A DNA stretch of 64,000 nucleotides from NCBI RefSeq assembly GCF_009914755.1, contig NC_060925.1. The stretch is one strand, 5' to 3'. Each line of letters starts with the position of its first letter. Position 1 is the first letter of the stretch. Under the pieces are notes generated by a model, which was not told where the DNA came from, ran no database searches, and was given only the letters and a program-made list of their open reading frames with translations. This stretch comes from the human T2T-CHM13v2.0 reference genome, Homo sapiens. A program made the translations under genes and the position numbers. Positions 50,456 through 64,000 of the stretch are shown here, piece after piece.

Positions 50456-52120
50456 GTAACCTCCGAGGGCGCAGCCCCAGCAGCGAGCGCAGGGGCTGGC
50501 AACGCTTGCCTCTGCGCCAGCAGAGCCATTTCCTGCTGGGTTTCTCCTGCTCAGTTGGGACTGGTAGTGTGTGAGCCGAGTTCCCCACAATGCCTTGGCG
50601 TCACCTCACGCCCTCCTCCTTATTCAAACAGGTTTTCTGTGAAGTCTTGGCTGTTTCCTTCTAATTCCCACCTGAACTCTTTCCATCCTAGGGGAGGCCA
50701 ACACCCTTCCCCACCTGCGCGCTTGCTTAACCTGCACTTCCTATCTTGCGTCCCGTGAAGTAGAGTCCTTCACTCCTCTTCCAGGTTTGCCCTTTCCCGG
50801 TCTTGCTTTAACAACCGCACGAACCTTCCCCGACCTTCACTTTCCCGAGTGTCAGCTCCTCTGTTCGGCCACTTTTAGCTAGTCCTTTACTTTTACAGTT
50901 ATAAAGCCGTCTGCACCCACCTTCTTCTCAACTTCACTTCCCATTGATTGCCCCTAAGAGTCATCAGACCAGGAATCCGAATGCAAACAACGGTTAAGAG
51001 TTAGCTGGCCTTTGGATGTATTTATAAAGAAAAAGCCTAAAATTTGACCAGTGTAGTATCTTATTCACAGGATCGTTAGCTTTAAATGGTATCCTTTAGC
51101 TCAAGGAATAGATTTAAAATATTCTGTTGTCTGAGCCGATACACATGGTCTATTTGGAAATACGAAGGAGTAGGTAGTGTTGCTTTGCAGTCGAATGGGA
51201 ACTTAGTTTGCCAGGCAGTGATTCCAGGGACTTTGTAGGTTTGTACAGGAATTCAAATTGGTATCCGTGCCTAATGCCTTGCAGGAGAACTTGGCACTCT
51301 TTTTGGCTCACTTTTCCCACTAGGTTTAGAGGATTTTCGATGTTATTTCCTGGTGTTCTAGTTTATTCTTTGTGTATTACTCATGCTTAATTTTATAATT
51401 TTAATGTCCTTGCTTTTTATGAGATAGAAATGTTGGAACAAGATGATAATGCTCCTACATATTTAGATAAAATTTGCAACCTGACGGAAATCCCTATCAT
51501 CTGATGTTCAGATTTTTCAATTCATTTGAAAAAGCTGCAGCATCCCCTTCAAGGCCAGTCTGGTTCTCATTTGTCTTTGGGCCTGTGAATCCAGCCTTAG
51601 TTTGGCAAGGAGTCTAAAGAAAACCCCAGATCAAATCACAGTTGACCTACAACAGCTCCAGAACCCTATTGAGACCCTACCTTGCCCTGACTCTTGGAGT
51701 GCTTCTAAATCATGACATCTCACAGTTAGAATCAAACTGGCTTTTGAACAGAGATTTTGAGATATTAGTCTGTGCTATCGAATTTATCATTTGATTGCTC
51801 TTTAGCATATAAAAATTGTTAAAATTTACATAGCAAAATGGTAGACTATAATGATAGGCATTGCCAAGACTTTAATTCTTGAATGATGTCATAGCTATAA
51901 AAGAATATCGTCTTTGCTATTCATAGATTTTAAAATTTACACTTATTTAAAATATCATAGTTTTTTTATACTACTGATTTTTTTTCTCCCATTAAATTGT
52001 CAAACTGTAGTTTGAAGGTTTGGTGCTAGGGTTATTTCATAGTTATTTAATTTGCTTTTTAGTAAGATATTCTAGTTTCTTAGTATTGTACTTCTTAATA
52101 GTATACTTTAATAAAAGTAA

Positions 52121-52513
<393 letters not shown>

Positions 52514-53529
52514 TAGAGTCAGTAATCATCTAAGTTATATGATGTAGGGTTCAACAAGTTGAAGGTGCCATATAGTATTTGGTCACTAGTAAAGAAGAAA
52601 GTAAATTGGAACTTTACATTAATTGTAGATATTTGCATGAAAATACAGTATTCATCATAAGGAAAATTATGTATTCAGGATAAATTTATGCAAATTTAAT
52701 TGAGGAAATAAGACCCTTACTTGGATTACAAACTAATAGGAACAACTTCTTTTACTCCAGATGCCAAAATGCTTGCAAGTGATTTAAAAAAAAAACACCA
52801 ACATTCAATTGCTTCAATTGGAACTTTGGCAGTGTACTTGATACCACAGTGTTGTGTTTTTTCTGCCAGTGGTAGTTTTTTCCATTTGTGGCCTTCACAA
52901 AAACATGGAAAGCCCTTTAGTATGTGTATGAAAGAAAGAATTTTCTTCCTCCTCTGAAATACCATCTTACTGTGGAGTGATTCAGATATCCATGGACTCC
53001 AAGATCTTTTAAGTTTCATACCAGCCTGCTTATGTTACACTTTGACCACATGCATCTGAACTGGAAAGGTGCCAACTAGTTTTCCTCAAACCATAGTAAG
53101 GATTAACAAAATAATCCAGCCTTTTCACCTGTAAGAAGTATTTGTGCAAAATAATTTAGTAAGTGGGTTGTGGGATTTTAATGGCAAAAATGTTCAGAAT
53201 AAATTGTTTTATAATTGAAAGTATTTAATAAACAACAAGCCTTGTTAAAAGGCTTTTCAGTCTAACCTATTTTGTTTAAGATTCTGGAAGGCTTGGTTTG
53301 GTAAAGTAGTTGATGCCTTACATTTATATAACATTTTAGCATTTTAAAATTATTTTACCTTAAAAATTTTCTTAAATTATAAAACAGTATTGTTCATACC
53401 AAGTGAAACAATCCAAAGATATGTAACCCTTAATCCCTGTGTATCTCCTGCTTTTTCACACCTAGTAAGTAAGGGTAATACTGTTGTTTGATAATCCATG
53501 GCTCATTGTATTTTTACAAACATCCTATT

Positions 53530-53880
53530 CATTGGGTCATCCCTGAACTTTTTGCAAGGTCAGTATTCCCATTTTATTGATGAGAAAGTTGAGGCCTAAA
53601 AAGAATAGTTTCTGGCCTGTGATTACTTATCTGGATGATGTTGCAGCTGACACTGGGACCTAGGTCAAATGATTTCAGTATTTGTGCTGTTAACTGTTTT
53701 ATGTAAATTTGAAGCAGTGTGATAGAGTTGGGTCTCTGGGGTTAGTCCTGGGTCAAAGGTAAATTTTTAATCTTTCTAAGTCGTTTTCCTTATCTGTAAA
53801 ATGGGGATAATACAAATCTCCCCAGGCCTGTGGGGATTAAGGGGAATAATTTAAGTGCCTAAAAATAGGCAAAGAATGTT
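53530..53880. mobile_element. Two MIR fragments in opposite orientation
   Basis: 'cccattttattgatgagaaagttgaggc' and 'ttatctgtaaaatggggataata'. Confidence 0.65.
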
Positions 53881-55229
53881 AGTTCCCATTCTCTTAAATA
53901 TTTGAAAATCCAGATTAAAAATATTTTTAAATGAAGGATTATTAATAGGATTACTTACTTAAATGGTAAACTTTCCTAGTGTATTTAAAGTGATTTTATT
54001 TATAATCAGTTTTCAGATATGATTTATGTGATCTGAAGTGCAGCTGCAACATCTTTCAGCACGAGTGTAGAAATGGAAATAGGATTAAGTCAGACTCTTT
54101 AAAACATTAAAAGCTGTGATAAGATTTTTTTACCAAGCGAAGAAATCAACCTAACCAGTAGAATTATATAGATGTGCAGTCATCTTAGGAGACAGCCGGG
54201 AAATAAATAGCAAGATAGGCTGAAACTGGCTTTGAGATTGAAGTCCCCTTCAGAAGAGGTAAAACTTTCCCAAGTAGCACTCAAGATTCTTTGTTGGTCC
54301 ATTCTTAGCAACTGTGTCCCACTAGAGGTATTGAGGCCAGTAATAGTGGTGTTGATTGCAGTGCTTCCTTACCTTTAGGGGGAAAAATGTGTGTGTTTTC
54401 TAAAGTAGGTGATCTAAGGTAATTGTGGAACAAGAACACTGACATTATCTTAAGTTCTATAGCTAAACCTTTTTGTGGAGAGAAAACCGTACTACTCACT
54501 CAACTTTTAAGGTTTATAGATCTTCTCAAAGTTACTATCATTCCATCTAAACACAGTTGGGATGGCACTAGAGGAGAGTTCAAATTCATCTGAAGATGTT
54601 AAGAAAATTGTTTACTAAAGGAAATAACATTTTAGTCATTTTAGGACTATTTTCTGAGATATCTCTTCTGGAAGATTTATTTTTAAAAAATTTAAAACAT
54701 TTTTAGGATATTCTTAAGAGAAATTGCTAAATAAAGTGTTCACTGCTAGTCCTCACATAAAGGAAAAACTTTTCTATTTAAACCCATTTTAACATCTTTA
54801 GAATTCCTGTTTAGGATCATCTCTTCCTCCTCTCCATTTTATTACCTTATCTGATTGTTAATTGTGGATTATTTTATGAAGTGTCTAACTGAATAAAGTG
54901 CTAATCCAATAAAATGTATTTGGTAAAATAATGCAACCATTGTAGTATGTTACTGTCATGTAAACAGTAGATTTAAATTGTCTTCCTGCATCAGTGATGA
55001 CTCATTCCTTTCAACTTCAGTTTAGCCATTTTCACCTGCAAGAATAACATTTTTCTCTTGATAAAATAACAAAGATGAATTAGTCTTTAAGGAGTTATTG
55101 CTGCCTTGGATTTCAAAGACAGGTTTACTAACAGAAATAACACATTTAGATTTTTGTGTTTCATTTTTAAAAGTTAGATTTTTGTAAAAAGCTGGGGATA
55201 AAGACTAGTTTGTTTTTATGTGTTTAGCA

Positions 55230-55711
55230 CTGTGGTTCCCAATCCTGGCTATACTTGGAGAGGTCATTTATTTTATTTTATTTTTTTTTTTTTCAGACTG
55301 AGTCTCGCTGTGTCCCCAGGCTAGAGTGCAGTGGCACGATCTCTCGGCTCACTGCCACCTCTGCCTCCCAGGTTCAAGCGATTCTCTTGCATGCACCACC
55401 ATGCCAAGCTAATTTTTGTATTTTTAGGAGAGATAGGGGTTTTGCCATGGCTGGTCAGGCTGGTTTTGAACTCCTGACCCCAGGTGTTCTGCCTGCCTTG
55501 GCCTCCCAAAGTTATGGGATTACAGGCGTGAGCCACTGCACCCGGCCTATACCTGGAGAGTTTAAAACAAAACAAAACAAAACAAAAAATCAATACCTGG
55601 GCACATCCCTAAGAGATTGTAAATTAATTGGCCTAAGGTAAAATCCACTTACAGTATTTTTAAAAGCTCCCAGGGTGATTCTAACGCGCAGCCAGGATTG
55701 AGAATCACCGG
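55230..55711. mobile_element. MER5-type MITE split by an antisense Alu (55266-55547)
   Basis: Ends 'gtggttcccaatcctggct' / 'agccaggattgagaatcac'; Alu TSD tatac(t/c)tggagag. Confidence 0.75.
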
Positions 55712-56724
55712 GTTAGCATTGTCTGTCTATTGATTTAATTCATTAATTGAGACTTCGTCCTTTTCTCTCTGATACTCATGGTTCATTACCCAGCCTATTA
55801 ACATTTCCTGCCCTGGCTTCACCTCCTGCTATTTACATTTCACTCTCTTAACTTTGCTGCCCCCTATAGCTTATTAGCTGCTTTCCTGAAGGGGAGATAC
55901 TGCCATTAGATTCTGGAGTTTAGGTATGATGGGATGATTCTACTGGTTTATTGTCATTACCATAATTAAAGCCCAACTATTATTTGATGTAGGGTGGTCA
56001 GTTTTCTTTTCTCTGTGATTTTTGGAGCTGGCAGGTAAAATCGAGAACATGTGATAGAGGTTTGCCTAATTTTAATCCCATCATTCAGGATAATAAGTAA
56101 TGATTTCAACCACTTTGGGATGTAAAACTAGTTTCCTCTGTATGCTCACAACACTGTTCTGTTTCTTGAAGATCTAGGCCTGATACTACCATTGTATATG
56201 TTAAATACAAGATATTGAACAAAGGAACTATTCTTGAACTTTACTGCGTTTTTGGTCATGCCTTATTTTTATTTCACATTAAGAAATGTTTTTCTCCAGA
56301 GTGTTTTCGTGTCTATCATCTAACTTAATCTTGACCACAACTTTTTATCGAAGGCAGGGCAGTGAGAACTCAGGGCTGCTTATATTCCATATTCCTATTT
56401 TGTCTTTGTCTTTTCTGGTAACTGGTTTGAATAATACTTCTGTTAGTTGATTTGTTGTTTGGGTGGCTTTTCAGTTGTTATGTTGTGATGCTCTCTCTCC
56501 AGAATGAGATGGTGAATTTTTCTGTGAAAGCAGAGTCATTATCTGTTTTTTCAAATCCTGTTATGGTACCAAATACAGTATTTTGTGCATAATGTGGTCA
56601 TAGAGACAGAGTCAGTGTTTTGATGAAGAAATTATATGTTGGTTGTCTTATAGTCAGTCACTCCTTCCCCTTTAGATTGTGCTGCTTTTAGTGATGTTTG
56701 GTGCTATCTACCAGATGTTGATTC

Positions 56725-57033
56725 TTTTCTGTTTTGTTTTTTGGTTTTCCATATTTTTTTGAGACAGGGTCTTGCTCTATCACCCAGGCTGGAGTGTAGT
56801 GGCACAATTGTAACTTACTGCAGCCTCAAACTTCTGGGCTCAGGCAATTGTCCCAAGTAGCTAGGACTACAGGTGTGTGCTGCCACACCCAGCTAAGTTT
56901 TTTATTTTTATTCTTGTACAGACAAGTTCTCGCTATGTTGTCCTGGCTGGTCTTGAACTCCTGGCCTCATGTGATCCTCCGTCTTTGGCTTCCCAAAAGC
57001 TGGGATTACAGATGTGAATCACTGCCTCACCCA
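56725..57033 (-). mobile_element. AluJ (intronic)
   Basis: Degenerate dimer. Confidence 0.85.
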
Positions 57034-57086
57034 GTTTTTTGGTTTTAATATATTTATGCCTAAAACGGGTTCAGGATTATTTAAAA

Positions 57087-57286
57087 CAGGGGAATCCAAG
57101 GGAGAGAATACAGTCATGGGTTCTTAGTTTCTGTTTTTGGTTGTGCCAGTAAAGCCCCTTCCTCGTCCTTCTTTTCTGCTTATCACTAGAGACAGAAACT
57201 AAAAACCATGGCTTCAGGATGCTAAAAGCCTAAAACAAAACGAAACAGAACAACAACAACAAAATAAGGTGGGTTGGACAAGCTTG
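57087..57286. mobile_element. MER107-like hAT MITE with 8-bp TSD
   Basis: 200 bp, caggggaatccaa...ttggacaagcttg; flanks atttaaaa (57079-57086) and atttaaag (57287-57294). Confidence 0.75.
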
Positions 57287-58849
57287 ATTTAAAGTAAATG
57301 AATTCTGGGTCCTTAATATCTTGGTAGTAAATAGTAAATGTAGGTTTAAAACAAAAGATTATTTGTATTTTGCCAATGACCAGTATGAGTGACATGTAAC
57401 ATTATTGATTGATTTGTTGCTATGAAAGTTACTGTATAAGATTTGTGAGGAAAAGTAATACTGGGTTGACTCCTAGACATGGACATGTGTGTATAAAATA
57501 ACTGAAACAATTTGTTTGCAGTAATTTCTAAGTTTAAGATGCAATCTTTCTTTATAAGGATGTCCTTGAAGGAGGTAAAAGGAACAGATTTGAAATATAT
57601 AATACTTTTAGTGTATTATTATGTAACAAGGAATCTAAATGCTTTGCTGAAAGAGTTTTATATGACAGACTGGGATTATGCAAAATAAACTCTACTTCTC
57701 TGAGCAGGATGTTGACTAATAAGCAGTTTCAAGCCTAGTTTTTATATCTGTCTTTTTGAACTGTTACCTGAAGGATTTTATTTATGTGGGACTTTTAAGT
57801 AAGTAATGAAGAATTTTAGAAATCCTGTAATTTTGATTGGGTTTGCTGAAGAAACATACTGGAATTTTTTTTTTTTTGGTGGGGGTAGTCTAACTTGGAT
57901 ACTGAAGACAAGGGATTTCTTGGAAACACACTCCTCCTACTGGAATGGTGATGCTAATTGCCGCTACTATATAACCTTACTGTGATGTTATATCTAGTTG
58001 AGCTTTCCAGTGCTGAATGGGATCTCAGAAGTCATTCTGGTTTAGCCTCTGTTGGGAATTGATTTCACTCTTGTTATTCTAATAAATATCTTGCCATTTC
58101 ATCAGAGAAGTTTTCTTTAAGGTAGGGAGGAAAGTACAGGGTTTTAAAACCCTTATTCTCTCAGGTTTTGCTTAGTTAATGAATAAACCATTTAGATAAT
58201 AGCTAAAAGAGGTTGAATACCTGAAACAAGAATTTTTAAATGGCTTAGAACTTGCAGTTCAGTAGTATCAAATCTAAAATTGTATATTTTTTTTCAGCAG
58301 AACGCAGATTTTAAAAAATTGTATATTTTGTCTAATTGGTTTTGCCTTTGTTTCACATTGTATCAAGGATATTCCATAATTACAGCTATTACCATAAGTC
58401 AATGGTTATTTGAACTCATTGTTAATCCCCTGCCTCTAAATTGATAAAAGTGAAAAAGGGAAAAAGGTGAGACAGTTTTTGTTATAACTCCTGAATTTTA
58501 ATTAGCAAAACTGGGTAGATTTTTAAAACAACTTTTCAGACAGGCTTTTCTGAAGAAAAATATCTATTGAAGTTAAAAGTAAAATAAGACATAACTTCTG
58601 TAGGAATGTTTCTAATTTTATTAAAACAAACAAAAACAACAACAAAAACGTGCCTTACCATTCTTCTTTAAATTGGTCAGTGGCAAAATATTTTGTTTGC
58701 TGTGAAATTAGACACACACTTTATTTTCAAAAATCTAGTACAGAAATCTTTTCCTTTCTTTGGTTTTCCATAGTGCATAAAATTTTGGTGAACCGCTGCA
58801 GAGATTAAAACTTAGTAAAGTGAAAACAATGAATGCTTTTTCTTTTAAA

Positions 58850-60520
58850 TTTAATGTCTTTAGGAGTTTATAGTTGGTGAATACAGACTTGTAAGCAGGC
58901 AGTTGCAATTAATGTGTTCAGTGTCATGATAAGAATAAGCTCTAAAATGTTAAGGGAGTATGTGAAGGACTCAATCCCGTTTTAGTAGGGGAGGGGAGTG
59001 ATCAGGGAAAGTTTCCTGGAGAAAGTGACAGGTAAACTGCCATCTAAAAGGCCAGAAGGTGTTAGGCCAAGATAGATGGGCTAAGAGGTCCACCCAAAAG
59101 ACAATATATGGAGACCCAAAGGTAATTGAGCATAGCATATTTTGGGAATTACCAGCAGTTTACATAGCTGTGATCTAGAATATAGGTTACATTCTATATC
59201 TCTGTGGTATATTCTGTATCACTAGAGAAGTGGAACAGCATTTAGGGTCTAGTGCGTAATCTTGTTGCTATGTTGAAGAATGGATGTAGGCAATTTATTG
59301 CATTCATACCTGCCAGTAACATGAAGAACGTATTGGGAAATCAGAGTGAGTAACACTAGTGAGGATACTGACACAGTAATCCAGACAAGAGATAAAGGTG
59401 CTTGTCCAAGTGGGGATGGGGTGGTATCATAGGCAAAATCTGGTGAGAGGGAACAATCAACGATGATACATTTCTAACTTGGGCAACTGGATGTATGATA
59501 GCAGTTTATTGAAAGGGAAAAAAGACATTAGATTTGGGAGGAGAAGATAATGGTTCTTTGTTGGACAGGTCGAAGTGTCCATGGGAAATTGAAGTGAAGC
59601 TGCCTAGTAGGAAGGCGGATTATTTGGATATGGAGCAATGTGCTAGAGATAATTTGAGAGTCTTTGGCTTACATGTGGCATTTGGAGCAATGGAAGTAGA
59701 AGCAACTGCCCACTGAAAATGGATAGAATGAGAAGACTCCAAGGAATACCAACATTGAGATAATGGGTAAGGGAAAAAGGTACAACCAAGAGCCAAGAGA
59801 GACAGCTGGAGTGGAGGCCAAAGAAGACAGGAGAGAGTGGAGACAAGGCTGTCAGGGGAAGAGAGTCTTTAAAAACTGGGGGATGGGTGGGGAAAGTAGT
59901 AACAGTGGATAACTGTGGACAAGTCAAGTAAGAACTGAAAAGTTTCCGTGGGTTAGTCTTTAGGCAACATTGGTGACTTGAGAGGCGTTTGGAGGACTGA
60001 TAATGTGAAATGAGATTTGTGTAAGGTGGATAATGAGTAGAAATTGTAAAAGCTGAGTGAGTAAGTATGGACAACTCTTTCAGAAAGTTTGGCAGTTAAA
60101 AATTACTATAGCTACTGGGTAGAGAATGCATTGTAGCAGAAGAAGATTTTTAGGAGGACAAGTTAGGAGATTAATAAGCCAGGTAAGACTTTATGTGACT
60201 TGGGCCTGGGTAGTAGCCCAAGATGGAGAGAAGAAGATGCATTTGAGATATATCTTAGATAGGACCTTGTTAATGAATTGTTTGGGAGGAGATGGAAAGG
60301 CAGAGGTGTAGGAGTCAAGGATGACTCTCACGTGCTTTAGCTTGGACACCTGGGTGGATAGGAATGTGTCCCACCACCGAGAAAGGAGTACACTGGAGGG
60401 GGAATCAGGTATAGAGGGAAAATCCAGAGTTGTATTTTGGAAATTTTAAATTTGAGATGCCATTTAGAAACCCAGTTATAAATATCAAATAGATCACTGC
60501 ATATGTGAATCAAAGAGTGC
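58850..60520 (-). mobile_element. L2 fragments
   Basis: Purine-rich L2 motifs 'tttctaacttgggcaactgg', 'ggagtcaaggatgactc' and 'ttgagatgccatttaga'. Confidence 0.65.
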
Positions 60521-61162
60521 CCATTTGTTAATTTCTATACATTAACTATATTCTTTACTAATGTCTTCTAAACATTAACTGTATTCTTTACATTAACCTT
60601 TACTGGCCTGCCAAGACTTTCAGATTTGCTTATAAGAAGACATTGATAGTTTGGGTTGCTGGCCACTTAGTCTCCTGGCCAAATTGGGATTATCTATTCC
60701 CTACTCTATAGAACATCTTCTGTGTACACTGCATGATAAGATGTCATTGTTATGTGCATGAAGGAGAGCACAAAATATGCCGGGACAAGTTGCCTGAATA
60801 AGGTTAAAGTGCCTGCTTTTTGTCTTTAGACTATAAGTGCTTTGAGACCCAAGACCATATTTTCCTACACAGGATTTAGATAGTCAATGCTGTTTTATAT
60901 TTATTGAATGAAAGAATGAAGCAAAAGCTATTAAATTGATTGAAAGAAAAACATCATTTATATCATACAATAATTTACAATTTTAGGGTGATTTATAACT
61001 GAGTAATGTTTACCTGCAACACTAAACTGGTTAGCATTTTATAGGTGAAGAAACCAAAACCTAGGTAGGTTACATTCTTATGCCGGTCATGTATGACTTG
61101 CTCTTCTCAGTTGGTTGCTGATTCCTCTATTAAATGGAAGTCCAGTTTGTTGCCTGGACTGA

Positions 61163-61567
<405 letters not shown>

Positions 61568-62417
61568 AATACGTTTCTTTTTGATAACTTGAAATGAGAT
61601 TTGCATAAGGTGAAAAGTGAGTGGAAATTGTAGAAGCTGAATGAGTAAGTCTTTAGACTATAGTCTTTAATCTAACTAAAGACTAAGACTAAGCCTAGAG
61701 CCTGTAGTCTTTAGACCTTTAGACTGTAGTATAGTCTTAGGCTATAGGTGCTGGGCAAGTAAGCCAGTATTGAACGTAGATTTTTCTAAGACCTGTTAAA
61801 GCAAGGGATCTTTGTTTCTTAAATTCTTCTGATATAAAAATGCTTCATTGATCTTCTTTGAAACACTGTCCTCTCATTTTTAGGTAACCTAAAGTTTTTC
61901 TCAAAAAAATATGAGAGCATTTGTTTTATGAATGAGTACTGAGAAACAAGATGAAGTGAATTGTTAATCATTCAGCACATTTGTGTCACAGTTAGATTTT
62001 GGAGTCACCCCTCAAAGTTATAATGATCTGTAATTAGCTTGAAGAAATTGTAGATTATCAAGAACTGATTAGAATCTACTTGTTTTTGCTTCTTTTGGAA
62101 ATGTTGGGTATATTCTGGTCCCCTTTTACACAAAGTTTTTGAAAACTTTTTAAAATACTCTTCCACATTAGCATAGTACTATCTTTCTGATCATTTTTTC
62201 TCAATTTGATAGAGGAAAAAAGTTAGGTCAGGATAACAGAGACTGGGATATAAAAGTCAATTGGGCTAATCTACCACTTGACTGATTTTATTCTTCCACT
62301 AAAACTTCCAGACAAGCTGAAATGAGAGTTAGATGTCATCTCCTCAAATAGTTTTCCACATACTTTTGTGCTTCCAGTGAATGAACCAACCTAATTTTGA
62401 ATCCAGAGTGAACATAA

Positions 62418-62787
<370 letters not shown>

Positions 62788-63687
62788 CATAAAAAATTTT
62801 GATTATTCATATAGGAAAGGTAAAAATAACTCAGCCTTCACCTAGCTGCCGTATATCTAGTCACTGGTTTTGGTACTTCATCTGTTTTGATAATCTGTTT
62901 TTAATTTGGATCACCTGGATACTCTCTATATATTTTTAAGAACTAATTTTTTTAAGATCTGGAGAAGTAACTTCTATAGAACAGGAATGACTATTTTAGG
63001 TTATAATACAATACTTGCTGTGAGTCATCAGCGAATCTCAGTTTTCATGGTTTTCTAAAATAAACTCATTTAAAGAATATGTAATGGGAAGTGTCATATT
63101 TTAAACTACCCCATTTTATTATTTATTTATTATTTTGTAAAAACTTACAGACTCACTGTTAAAACAACTCAAAGGAGAATCTTAACAATGGTAGAAAGTA
63201 AAAATTCCCACCCAGAGGAAATCTCTTTTAAATTTTTGAGCATCTTCCCATATTTTCCCATGAGTGGGATCATACTGTGTATGTTGTTCAATAGCCTATT
63301 ATTTTCTGTTAATAGAATATTACAAATAGCAAATTTCTGAATGAAAAAATATTAGAATCAATTTAGAATTGTTTGTGAATAAAGTTTTTATTTCTGGAAA
63401 TACTGAATCAACTCATTTGAAACCTTGGTTATAAGTTTCTTACGTTTAATGGAAAGGAAATAATTTCTAAGAGTACTAATATTTAATTTCATGGAAATTA
63501 TATGTGAATCTCTTGGAAAATCCAATTTAAAGAATGTGCCGTTTTAAAAAATATATATAATATTTTATATAATTTCCAGGGTTCTTGGATTTCCCCACCA
63601 CCACCATCCCAAAGCCCATTTATGCTGATGGTAGAAGGAAGTGGGATGTCTGTAGAGCTTAGGTCCTGCTCTAGAGACTTGAACACC

Positions 63688-63983
63688 TTGTTTTTGTTTG
63701 TTTGAGACAGGGTCTTGCTCTGTCACCCAGGCTAGAGTGCAGTGGTGCAATCTCCTCACTGCAACTTCTGCCTCCTGGTTCAAGCAATTCTCCTACCTCA
63801 GTCTTCTGAGTAGCTGGGATTACAGGTACGAGCCACCACGCCTGGCTAATTTTTGTATTTTTAGTAGAGACGGGGTTTCGCCATGTGGGCCAGCTTGGTC
63901 TCGAACTCCTGGCCTCAAGTGATCTGCCCACCTTGGCCCCCCCAAAGTGCTGGGATTACAGGTGTGATCCACCATGCCCAGCC
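63688..63983 (-). mobile_element. Alu (intronic)
   Basis: Full dimer. Confidence 0.92.
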
Positions 63984-64000
63984 CAGTTAATTTTTTGAAA

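Larger units (their letters stand above)
48790..50600. promoter_or_regulatory. CpG island over the PPP2R5A promoter and exon 1
   Basis: Abrupt rise in GC and CpG density against CpG-depleted flanks, with no interspersed repeats. Confidence 0.93.

Noticed and set aside
50456-50574. Continuation of the PPP2R5A ORF past ...PQLK (GNLRGRSP...)
   Set aside because: Read-through into intron 1 beyond the GT donor; not B56-like.
49716-50588. 290-aa antisense ORF and other long overlapping ORFs in the CpG island
   Set aside because: GTG start, low-complexity Arg/Pro/Ala/Gly content and no recognisable domain; expected from stop-codon scarcity in GC-rich DNA.

Overview
Primate (very probably human) genomic DNA. 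The only protein-coding feature is the CpG-island promoter and first coding exon of PPP2R5A (PP2A regulatory subunit B56-alpha) on the + strand: ATG at 50275, donor after 50455, then about 13.5 kb of intron 1. The preceding ~48.7 kb is intergenic and repeat-dense: about 39 Alus across the window, MIR/L2/L1 fragments, MaLR/ERVL LTRs, hAT MITEs, a nearly complete nested Charlie-type hAT fossil and a tRNA-Ile-derived SINE. Almost all ORF-track entries are repeat- or GC-derived noise. I found no convincing new gene system. The most unusual signals are (i) three to four locally templated insertions, where DNA from 0.4-2.5 kb away was copied in direct or inverted orientation, one followed by a snap-back palindromic scar; (ii) a PPP2R5A leader with three tiny uORFs, two G4 motifs and a 138-codon stop-free in-frame upstream stretch; (iii) a 40 kb domain in which 21 of 22 Alus share one orientation; and (iv) several atypical Alu insertion or conversion signatures. 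Repeat family names come from remembered consensus motifs and boundaries are approximate; no search was run.
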